Below, piece by piece: positions 14,001-24,150 of a DNA stretch of 64,000 bases; the first letter of the stretch is position 1, and each line of letters begins with the position of its first letter. Made by a program: the position numbers and the translations under genes. The DNA is taken from positions 79,422,001 through 79,486,000 of the forward strand of contig OX597815.1 in assembly GCA_951406725.2 (NCBI GenBank). Reading direction: 5' to 3'. Below the pieces are notes generated by a model, which saw only the letters and a list, made by a program, of their open reading frames with translations, had not been told where the DNA came from and did not search any database. This DNA comes from Octopus vulgaris (Eukaryota).

Positions 14001-14429
14001 ACGAATTGCTAATACACACACACACATAATAAGGGTGAAAAATTGAATATTAATTTGATTAATATGAATTGAAAACCAGTGGTGTAGCATATAAGACCAT
14101 AGCGGATCTTCCTCTAACAAAAAGGATGACCAGTATTAATGGCTCATCCCTGTTATATAATACTTTCACACTTGCAAAGAGAAAGTAGGAGAAGTAATAG
14201 CAGGAGTAAACCACTTGAAAAAAGAGAGGGAAATCGTAAAATATTGAGTTTTCTCGAATTTTTGCTAAATTGGGGGTCAAATTGAAAAAAACTTTTTATG
14301 CCATGACCCAATCGAATCTACTTGGAAAAATCATAGGTAAATTCCAATTGAAGAAATTCTATATTGTAGAATTGTATCAAAAAAGAACATGGAAACAGGC
14401 AGAGAAAATCTGCCTTTTATCATAAGAGA
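11063..14429 (-). mobile_element. Helitron, both termini intact, internally deleted (non-autonomous)
   Basis: Minus strand starts TCTCTTATGATAAAAGG (14429). It ends with hairpin CCCGAGCATCGCCGGG, an 8-nt spacer and CTAG (11066-11063). Inserted between host A and T without a TSD. Encodes a PIF1-like helicase. Confidence 0.9.
11945..13388 (-). pseudogene. Helitron PIF1-family (SF1B) helicase domain, two frameshifts
   Basis: ORF 12324-13364 has Walker A DAPGGTGKT, ASSGIAA, TAHSTFKLP, Walker B IVWDECTM and GDFRQTLPV. It continues after a (TA) slippage near 12380 (PPGLPPHILKLKVGAPIVLIRNL) and after a second shift near 12070 ([19 protein letters not shown]...[11 protein letters not shown]). Confidence 0.92.
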
Positions 14430-15164
14430 TTAAGAAATCATCAGTGTAGCAATTCTATCGATAAATAAAGATGGAGAGAAAGAGAGAAGAAAAATATTGT
14501 TTCAAAGTTAATAATGACGATACCAATGGCTTGTTTCTAGTAGCAACTGGTGGCAAAGGATCAAAAACACACAGATGGGTATACAAACAGAGAGAGCGAT
14601 TGTAACTTAGATACAGCAGGATATTGCTTCAATAACAAGGCTGACATTATTAATGATGACAAATAACTGAATTTATGAATAAATAATAACTGTGAGCTAG
14701 GTAGACGGTACAATGGCTACAAGTTTAAAGTACTGGACATGTTTGCTACTACAGTCACTGGGTTGTGCACATGGCAAAACATGCAATTACTTACCTTAGT
14801 TACATATGCACACACACACACACATACATACACACACTTCTTTACATTGCTCTAGTTCACCCAGCTGTCCAAAACAGCTAGCACGTCATCTAGAAAACGT
14901 TTTCTGTCTATTTAATACTAAGAGGCTTGAGCTAAGTATCAGTATCAGCCCTCAAAAACCACTTGGCACTTAAAGAGACATCTGCACAATCATTTATTTT
15001 GCAATGTTTTTGTATTTACATATACACAGCTGCATGTATATTTGACTTAATATTTGATTAAATGTAAACTCTGAAAGCCAAACTACAGACTACCGATCTA
15101 AAGGAGTGGTACCTCTAAATAAAAACAACTAATACAAAGTAGAACTCTTTAGAGACAAAGTCTC

Positions 15165-15500
15165 AAGCACTGATGACAATAAAATGTACTGGGTACATGG
15201 TACAGTGTGTTTGGTGATAAGAAGAGCATCCAGTTGTAGAGGTTACAACTCCCTAAAATGATCTGCATGAACGAGACATGGACTCTGCATGTCACATTAC
15301 AGGTTACCTGTCTAGGAGGGTGAAAAGGACTAATTTAGCTGCAGACTAGCTCTCCAGAGCTAGTGGCACAATAAAATGCATCTAGTGCACGCTGAAACAC
15401 ATAGATAACAACAAAGTTAACAAATTTCTCTATTACTCAGTGTACCAGATGACACAAATGCTTTCAGCATGGAAAACAGATGCATGACGATGATGATGAA
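15165..15500 (+). mobile_element. Old SINE-like element (Meta-like box, (GAT)n tail); related copy at ~49780-50210
   Basis: GGTGATAAGAAGAGCATCCAGTTGTA box. The block TGGACTCTGCA..CACAT..CAGGTTACCTGTCTAG.AGGG is shared with 49783-49823. Confidence 0.55.
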
Positions 15501-16249
15501 TATATGTATGCATTATATACATAAACTAATGTGGGCTTTTGTGCATAAAAATTGTTTCATTGTTTTTCATCCATTTTTCTAAGCTAGCATGGGAGGGATA
15601 GATTTTCATGGATTGCTTTTCATTGCACAAATCAATTAATGCTGGAACAGAAGTGAAACATATTCTGTCAGTCAAGAAAGAAAGCTGATGCAAGTAGAGT
15701 TATGTTACTTGTACAAGGGATGGTAACTTGTGGCTGTAGTCAAATTAGAACACATAATCATATTAGTATGGAAACATAGATGAATAAACATCCATATCAT
15801 TGCTTTAATGTTTGTATTCTTCCATGCTGGGATGTGCTTGCTGGATCTGTAGTATTTGCATATTACCATTCTTCTCAAAACTTCATCATCTCATCTATGA
15901 AAACCAACATTCTCACATGCAACTTTTTCTTACATGTAGTTTCTAAGTCATCCACAGTTGATACATAGATTTTAAAACTAAGCTATGTCCATGCCACATT
16001 ACATGTTTATATTTATGAAATCAACTAATGCCTACAATAGCCAGTGTTTTTTCATCTCATTTGTACATTCATGCAAGTAGATATCACACATTCTTTTCTA
16101 TATATGACACTGACTGTCACATTTCCAGCACATTTTTCTTTTCTCTATCACCAATCACTTTTAAGCAAAAATTGAGTGAATTCAATCAAACCATCAATAC
16201 CAGAGCGGTTCTCTGTCAGGATTAAAGTGTTCCACCTACATGCTTGCTG

Positions 16250-16720
16250 CTTGCTTCTTTGCTTACTTCATACTCTTGCTTGATGAGGCTGGGGTCATCC
16301 CAGGTTAGCGATCTCAGAGACATCGTTATGCATAGAGCCAATTAAGCCTACCAGTGCTCTCCATTGCTAGCAGTCCCATGTCAGTCCCTCTGCATCCTCC
16401 AAGGTGACATTGAGCCTCTGGAGATTTTCCCCAATATTCCAGCCTGCAGCAGCCATGTTAAATGAGAATAAAGCCCTGGTAGGATGATTTAGTGGGGGAT
16501 GTAGGATATGTCCATACCAGCATGTGATAGATAGCTATGAGGTGACAGGAGCACTTCAGCCTTCTTCGTTACCCACCTGTCCCAATCAATCTCAGCCTAA
16601 CCATTACTGTAGATACAACCACAACCAACATGTGTAGATTTGATCCTGTCACTCTTGAAAAAGTCAGTGCCACCCTAAAGAAACTCCACAACTGCAAATC
16701 CTCAGGAATCTGCAGCTACA
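16250..16720. mobile_element. Decayed RTE-like LINE fragments
   Basis: The + frame gives DPVTLEKVSATLKKLHNCKSSGIC (pre-RT KAPG-type motif). The preceding GC-richer part resembles a LINE C-terminus on the - strand. Confidence 0.4.
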
Positions 16721-17446
16721 TGCTATCAGTTTTATTTAGAATCACTGTTCTCCTAGACAGACTGCCTTTGCAGAGCCTTTTCATAATGTATAGGATTTGT
16801 TTGAAATGCCCAACTTCCTAACTGAGACACTTTTATGGTACATGTAAATTATGACACATACATACACTTATACATATATATCCCTATGTATACATATGTG
16901 AGTGTGAAATATTTGCATGTATATTTATGCATAATTCTCTGTATGCAACATTGCATCAAGAATTAGCCATATTTAAAATGTGTTGAGGAGGAATCTCATT
17001 TAAACTAAATGGTTTCTTGACTGACAAGTACTAGTTGAAACTATTGTTATTGTAGTTTCTCAAGTTTCCATGAACCTCAAATCAATTAATTAAAAGCATT
17101 CCAATTATGAGCACTCACATAATTTTTTTTTCTCAAATGTGTCCTTCCTTTATTGAAGACTGTAAGGTGAAGACTGTAGGGCTTTGCTATTATTTCTAAC
17201 AGGTCAATTTACTGCATGACAGGTATCTTATTAGCTGGTAACCATGTTTATTATTGTTGGTAGTACCAAGCTTGTTAGTTGGTTTATTTAGATATATTTG
17301 TTATTCGATGACAAATCTCATAATCAAGATGACCAGTCATTTTTGTTTTTCTTTTTTATTGTGCAAACAACAATACTATTACCACTAATAATAATCACTG
17401 TTTCTTTATTTGCCACAAGGGTGACTTACGAGGAGACATTAGTAAG

Positions 17447-17449
17447 ATA

Positions 17450-17490
<41 letters not shown>

Positions 17491-17725
17491 TAATAATTTC
17501 TTTTATTTGCCACTAGGGCAAAGGATGGGGGGCACAATAATAACCTTTCTACTGGAAGCACAAGGCCCCAAATTTTGAGGGAAGGGATTAAGTCGATTAC
17601 ATCAACCCCCGCTACGTAACTGGTGTTAATTTTATCGACCCTGAAAGGATGAAAGGAAAAGTTGACCTTGGCGGAATTCAACCTCAAAACTTGACAGCAA
17701 ACCAAATACTGCTAAGCATTTCAGG
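17447..17725 (-). mobile_element. Deu/Nin-like SINE with (ATT)n tail
   Basis: Reverse complement of TTTCATCCTTTCAGGGTCGATAAAATT, plus a (TAA)n run at 17447-17497. Confidence 0.75.
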
Positions 17726-19028
17726 TTATTATGTCAAATAAGAACTCAATTACAGCTCATGATACAAGCTGAGAGTTATGTTAACCGATAAAAGTTTATA
17801 TGACCTACATCAACTGAAATGAAAAAGAAATTCTCAACTAAGGAATGTGTTGTGATTGACACAAACAACACACAACCCTCTCCTATATTTAGTGGTGGTG
17901 GATAGGGTAGCCAGCCAATCAGCCAAATAACTTCTCACTTACTCCATCAAGTCCAAACAATAGAGATGGAAACATGACGTAATAAAGGTGAAAAAAAAAC
18001 TGTGGGTGACCTCAGAAAAGCTAAACAATTCTCTAAATAGCTATGGTACATATATAAGTACAGCAGTGATATGATAGGGATGACAATAGTGATATGTAAA
18101 GAGGTTTCTTTTTTGATACAAGATTTTGGGCTTTCTATATACAAAATTATATATATAGAATTATATATATATAAAGAATTTATATATATAATAAATTTAC
18201 TCAAAACAAATAAATTCACTTCATTAAATTTTGTAAAATCTGACATGTTCTATTAAAATATTCATTCTTTATATATAAATCAGAATTTCAATACCCTAAA
18301 ACTATTTGGCTAAATTCTCAATTGATTCTGCTAGTCTACTGCCTTGAGCTAATCTAATATTGATTTCAAGCATAGACACACAGTCTTAAATTTGGACTGA
18401 GGAGAGTACTATCAATTAAGATTGCTCTTAGTTCATAGATAATACTTATATTATTATCCTATCCATTTGAGTATAGTTAACCATAGCAGGATTCAAAATT
18501 ACAATGTAAATATTTGTAACAAAATATCACAAGGCCTTTTTAATTTCACCTAATACTGATTCTTTATTTTTATTTAGGCACAAGGTTTAGTTTCTGAGGA
18601 AATGGTACATTTCATGGAATTAACCTCACCCCATTATATTGCTATTAGTTTAAGGTAACAAGTTGGGGGAACCCTAAGTACATCAAACATTCTAGCTCTT
18701 TATTTTTTAAGTTCAAATCTCACTGAGGTCAACTATAGCTTTCAGAGTCAATAAAATAAAGTAGCAGTCAAGTACTGCAGCCAGTGTAGTCGACTTGCCC
18801 CTTCCCTTCAAATTTGCTAGCCTTGTGCCAAAATTTGTTACGTTAACCATAAAAAATTTTTGAAAATAAAAAACAGCAGCTACATTGATTGATAGAGCCA
18901 AACTAAATATTTGAAAGCAATAAATGGAACAGGAGAATAGCTAAATGAACAAACTCCATTCCATGACAACTTCTTGGTTTCTCAACTTTGGTAGAATTTG
19001 AAATTAAACATGGATAGACAAAATGAAA

Positions 19029-19718
19029 TATTGGTTTCAAATTTTGGCACAAGGCCAGCAATTTCGAGGGAAGGGGTAAGTCGATTACATTGACCCAAGT
19101 GCTCAACTGGTACTTATTTTATCGAGCCTCAAAGATGAAAGGCAAAATCAACCTTCATTGAATTGGCCGATGCCAGTGCCGCCTCCGCTGGCTTCCGTGC
19201 CGGTGGCACGTAAAATACACCAATCTGACCGTACGACAGGCACCCATGCCAACCCCCTTGCTTGCGAAGACATGTTGGGGCAAGCGAAATCGAAATCGAA
19301 TTGAACCAGCCAGGATCCCTGGTCTGGTGGTACGTAAAAAGCACCATCCAACTCGTGGCCGATGCCAGCACCGCCTCGTCTGGCTTCCGTGCCGGTGGCA
19401 CATAAAATACACCAATCCGACCGTGGCCGTTGCCAGCCTCGCCTGGCACCTGTGCAGGTGGCACGTAAAAAGCACCCACTACACTCACGGAGTGGTTGGC
19501 GTTAGGAAGGGCATCCAGCTGTAGAAACACTGCCAGATAAGACTGGAGCCTGGTGCAGCCTTCTGGCTTCCCAGATCCCCGGTCGAACCGTCCAACCCAT
19601 GCTAGCATGGAGAACGGACGTTAAACGACGATGATGATGATGATGATGAATACGAAGATGGATGAAATGCCACTAAACATTTTGCTTGGCATGCTAAAGG
19701 CTCTGCCAGCTCGCCACG
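19029..19718 (-). mobile_element. Deu/Nin-like SINE split by a younger SINE insertion
   Basis: Body at 19029-19163 and head at 19650-19718 (GCCAGCTCGCC) are colinear around the insert. Confidence 0.75.
19164..19649 (+). mobile_element. Young SINE (tandem GTGCCGGTGGCAC modules, Meta-like box, RTE-type tail)
   Basis: GGTTGGCGTTAGGAAGGGCATCCAGCTGTA; CAACCCATGCTAGCATGGAGAACGGACGTTAAACG(ATG)n; CpG largely retained. Confidence 0.9.
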
Positions 19719-19956
19719 TTAAGACAAAATGAAATATAAAGCAGTTTACACTGGCACTATGATTTCATACATGGTGAGAACAATGGCAACCTTGATATGA
19801 TTGTTATCACAATGCGGTCTGTACTGGTGGAGTGGAAGCAATAAAACTGACTCTGTACCTTACTTCGACATTATCTGGGTAGATAACAATATGAGAAATC
19901 AATAGACAAATAACACTGACCTCATCAACAGATAATATTAAATAAATTTTCTCAAC

Positions 19957-20115
19957 ATCATCATCGTTTAATGTCCACTTTCCATGCTGGCATGAGTTGG
20001 ATGGTTTGACTGAAGACTGGCAAGCCAGGAGGCTACACCAGGCTCCAATCTGATTTGGCAAGATTTCTACAGCTGGATGCCCTTTCTAATGTTAACCACT
20101 CTGAGAGTGTAGTGG
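19957..20115 (-). mobile_element. SINE 3' fragment
   Basis: Reverse complement of tail and Meta-like box; inverted relative to 19164-19649. Confidence 0.8.
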
Positions 20116-20307
20116 CTCAAAAGCTATCAATAATTCATTTATATTCTGTTTTAAATTTACCATACCTTAGCACCATATACAGTCTATATATATACATTAG
20201 ATATGAAAATTCACATCTTGTAATTTGAAAATATTTTTAAAAATTAATTAAAAGAAATTTGTTAAAATTTCAGATCCATTTGTGAGTTTTGGGCCATGTG
20301 TGTGTGA

Positions 20308-20640
20308 AGGTGTATGGTTCAGTAGTTAGAGCATTGGGTTCACAGTCATGAGGTAGTGAATTCAATTCTCAGACAGGGCTGTGTATTGCGTTCTTGAGCA
20401 AGACACTTTATTTCACATTGCTCCAGTTCACTCAGCAGTAGAAATGAGTTGGGATGTCACTGGTGCCAAGTTGTATCGGCCTTTGCCTTTCCCTCGGATA
20501 ACACTGGTGGCATGGAGAGGAAAGGCTTGTATGCATGAGCAACAACTGGTCTTCCATGAAACAATCTTGCCCAGACTTGTTCCTTGGAGGAGAACTTTCT
20601 AGGTGCAATCTTATGGTCATTCATGACCAAAGGGGGTCTT
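20308..20640 (+). mobile_element. tRNA-derived SINE with CTTGAGCAAGACACTT central box (related copy ~37060-37260)
   Basis: A-box-like TGGTTCAGTAG, B-box-like GAATTCAATTC, then CTTGAGCAAGACACTT...CTCCAGTTCACTCAGC. Confidence 0.65.
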
Positions 20641-21152
20641 TTTTATATCTACTTATCTATCTATATATATCCTGTATGTGAAAAACAGGTGATGTTTAGC
20701 AACACGAAGGACATCTGGTTGTATAAGAATGCTTCAATAATGTGTATTTGCATTTTCCCTATCTTAACATGGGAAAATGGACATAAAATGAATGAACAAT
20801 TGCACTATATGAAATAGCAAAGAGGGTAAGAAACTTGGAGAACAGTATAAATGCCAAAAAAAAAAAAGTAATCAACAATAAATGTGGCAAAAGTTACCTC
20901 AGTGAAGCTGAATTAAGTTGAATTTGTATCAAGGAATTTCCTTAAAAAATAAATTTAACTACATAAATACACACGCACACATTTTATTAATTCATGTATC
21001 AAGTGGTATTTCCTATATACTTGTTACGTGAATAAAAATGCCTCAGATGGTTTTATTTAATAAGACTTAGAATAGATTTCAGACTATAAATAAGAGGGAG
21101 TCAAGCACACCACTCCTACTGTGTTTAGTAGAAACAGGAATAACTAATAACT

Positions 21153-21385
21153 AAGGCAGCGAGCTGGCAGAAACGTTAGCACACTGGACGAAATGCTTAG
21201 CGGTATTTCGTCTGCCACTACATTCTGAATTCAAATTCCGCCGAGGTCGACTTTGCCTTTCATCCTTTCGGGGTTGATTAAATAAGTACCAGTTACACAC
21301 TGGGGTCGATATAATTGACTTAATCCATTTGTCTATCCTTGTTTGTCCCCTCTGTGTGAGGCCCCTTGTGAAGAAATAAGAAACA
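21153..21385 (+). mobile_element. Deu/Nin-like tRNA SINE, near full length
   Basis: GGCAGCGAGCTGGCAGAAACGTTAGC...TTCAAATTCCGCCGAGGTCGACTTTGCCTTTCATCCTTTCGGGGTTGATTAAATAAGTACCAG. Confidence 0.85.
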
Positions 21386-21720
21386 GGAATAATAAAGTAG
21401 ATCTACTAACATATGAATGTATTTGTTTCTTGTAAATAATGAGACCCATCATTATAAATCTACTTCTCTATGCTTGCAAGCACACACGTACACACACACA
21501 ATGGGGTTATTCTAGTTTCCATTTTGAGACTACTACAGCAAATGACTCTTGCCAATGGTGATATGCAGAGTGTTCCACCCCAGAACCAGCTCATCAAATC
21601 TCGTCAATCCAGCCCATGCCAGCATGAAAAACAGACATTTAGCGATGTTGATGATACATGCATCCACATACACAATATATATATATATATATCTATATAT
21701 ATATATATATATATAATATA

Positions 21721-21950
21721 TTTCTTTTTTTTTTTTTAGTTTCAGCTCAGAGCTGCGGCCATGCTGCTGCGTGTGAATCGCTGGCGATCTTCTCCTCTCT
21801 GGACTTTCTCTATATTTCTGATGAAGAACTCCACTTGAAATGTGAAATCCTCTTTCTTTTCTTTCCTTTTCTGAGCATCCAATAACACAGTACTTGTTCC
21901 ATGTCCTCACATTGTTGTTTTTTCTTGCTTGTTCTTGTTTGGATTGATTA
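21721..21950 (+). mobile_element. (TA)n-flanked Penelope pLTR-like unit with decayed minimal hammerhead
   Basis: Bounded by TA runs (21676-21720, 21962-21994). Contains ATTT CTGATGAA GAAC TCC ACTT GAAATGT G AAAT at 21814-21848. Confidence 0.5.
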
Positions 21951-21958
21951 TGTATGTA

Positions 21959-21994
<36 letters not shown>

Positions 21995-22000
<6 letters not shown>

Positions 22001-22256
22001 AAGTAGATAAATGAATTATCTTATTACGGATTATTCAATGGATTTATTCCATGGGCTCCTCGTGAGCGTTTGTCGAAAAGCTTGCTGTGCATTTTGTTGG
22101 AGAATTAAGTTCCTGGATTTTCCTGAAGAGAAGGCTGCAAAATGGACTCCTTATTCAATCCGAATTAGGGACTTTGCAGCCTTTGAAACATATGTAGAAA
22201 ATAATAAAAAGGAATTTTGTTAAATCTTCGTTCAGCTCCATTTCTTCCTACACTAA
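21995..22256 (+). mobile_element. ~260 bp (TA)n-flanked hammerhead-bearing unit (retrozyme monomer or solo Penelope pLTR)
   Basis: Unique sequence between two TA runs, carrying the hammerhead listed next; no credible ORF. Confidence 0.6.
22107..22217 (+). ncRNA. Type I hammerhead ribozyme
   Basis: Stem I ATTTTC(22117-22122)/GAAAAT(22197-22202). Core CTGAAGA (22123-22129). Stem II GAAGGCTGCAAA(22130-22141)/TTTGCAGCCTTT(22173-22184). GAAA (22185-22188). Stem III C-ATAT-G. Cleavage triplet GTA (22194-22196). Distal stem I AAGTTCCT/AGGAATTT. Confidence 0.85.
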
Positions 22257-23334
22257 ATATATATATATATATATATATATATAATGAAGACAATTTAAGC
22301 ACTAAAAGGCCTTTCAATAGATTCAAACTGCATAACTACTGTATTCCAGGTCACTGCATTTTCAGTTACTCCACAGAACACCTGCCTGATTTACAGACAG
22401 TAACTAATACTTCATCAAACATACCATTTGGTTTATAGATATTTTATAGTTCCCCACACCCATCTTGAAGACAGGGTAATCTACTCCTGTCTAATACAGC
22501 AGAAGTACCACAATTCAGCTCAATGTTTGTGACCGGAATTAATTACCTAACTGCAAGAATATGAATAATTATAAATTTACAGATAAAATTTTGATAAAGG
22601 AATATGTGCTTGAGCCTTGTATTTATTGCATTCTGGGAGACTGTATTACCAGTTACACCACAACATGCCTGCTGTGTATGTCTGTGTTTATATAACAACA
22701 GTAATCTTTCTAACACTACACACTGAAACACACAAACACATACATGCATCTATACTCACTGAAATGCACACATATACTTCATGTATATTTGTGAAAGAAT
22801 GAGAGAAACAACAGAGAGAAAGAGGTAACAATAGAATTACAAAAGAAAAATGAAAAGCTTGCTAAACTAATTAAAAAGTTATTTAATACTATGTCTTTGA
22901 ATGAGAGAAACCATAAAGGATCAGACAATAGCTATTGTTTCAACAATATTATAAACCATGTTTAGTTGTAACTTGTCATTATTTCTACAAGTGATACAGC
23001 ACCGGTATTACATTAGTAAATTCAGCACCATTATCTTAACTTTAAATATTGCTGTGGATATTATTAGACATTTGATGAATGTGATCATCATCATCAATGT
23101 GATAGCTTTCACATATAAGAAAGCATAATTTAATTAAAATCTCTTTGCTTCTTTTTTCTCATTATTATTGGTTGTTTCAAGGACATTAAGTGGCAGAAAC
23201 AATAAATATCCAAATTAATTGCTTTACCATATTTAATTAAATCCTTTTACATGCTGAGTTCAAATATCACTGATGCTAACATTGTCTTTCATCTGTCTAA
23301 GGGGCAATGAAGTAATTATCACTCTCAGTACAGT

Positions 23335-23760
23335 CATCATCATCATTTAACAACCAGTTTTACAGACTTGCATGGATCAGACGGAATTTGTTGAGACATC
23401 TACAGCTGGATGCCCTTCCTGTTGTCAACTCTTACCTGTTTCCAAGTAAGGCTATATTTCCCCATGGCCAGACATGTTTTTCATGGAAGATGGGAAATAG
23501 ACAGCCTTGCTTCCATGATGATGATGCTCATTTATAACCATCATATGATGTGTAGAGAAGAGTACACTAAACACACACACACACACACACACACATATGA
23601 CATTCTTTCATTTTCCATCTATCAAGTCCATTTACAAGGCTTTGGTCAGCCAAATGGCAATAGTAAAAGATACTTGCCCAAGGTACTGTGCATTGGGACT
23701 GAACTCATGACCAAATGGTTGAGAAGTAAGTTTCTTAACCACACAACCATGCTTGCACCT
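23335..23760 (-). mobile_element. Diverged SINE tail plus tRNA-headed SINE
   Basis: CAGCTGGATGCCCTTCC box; CTTGCCCAAGGT, GGGACTGAAC and AACCACACAACCATG head in reverse complement. Confidence 0.65.
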
Positions 23761-23879
23761 GACCACTACTCACACCAAAAGGAGCAATGCTATTACTTTT
23801 GCAAGGACGCCCAGGCTGATGAAATCAATGTATTTCATGTTCCTTTACGAATATCTATAGGTTTCATTTCTAAAGAGGA

Positions 23880-24150
23880 ATGATTGAGCAAAGTGTTTAG
23901 AAAGGCATCTGGTGGGTAGATCACAGTAGGAAGATAGACTTTTGTCAAGTGATCTAAGTAGAGATAACTAGCTGATAGAAATAGACACAGTTGCAGGAGT
24001 GATAGAAGTAACACAAGGAAGAAATTGTGTGTAAGTGAGCTATTGATTGCAGTATATTAGTATGTGAATCTTTGCCAATGAATCGGATAGCCTTCTGGCG
24101 GATGCAGTCCAGGATGTTTGTATATGTAACAGCAATAGACTCCAGGATAT
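23880..24150 (-). mobile_element. CR1/Jockey-type LINE C-terminal fragment
   Basis: Minus frame reads ILDCIRQKAIRFIG...LQSIAH...SSLCYFY, matching the LDRIQRKAIRLI...LSHRR..SLCLFY end of such ORF2 proteins. Confidence 0.5.
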
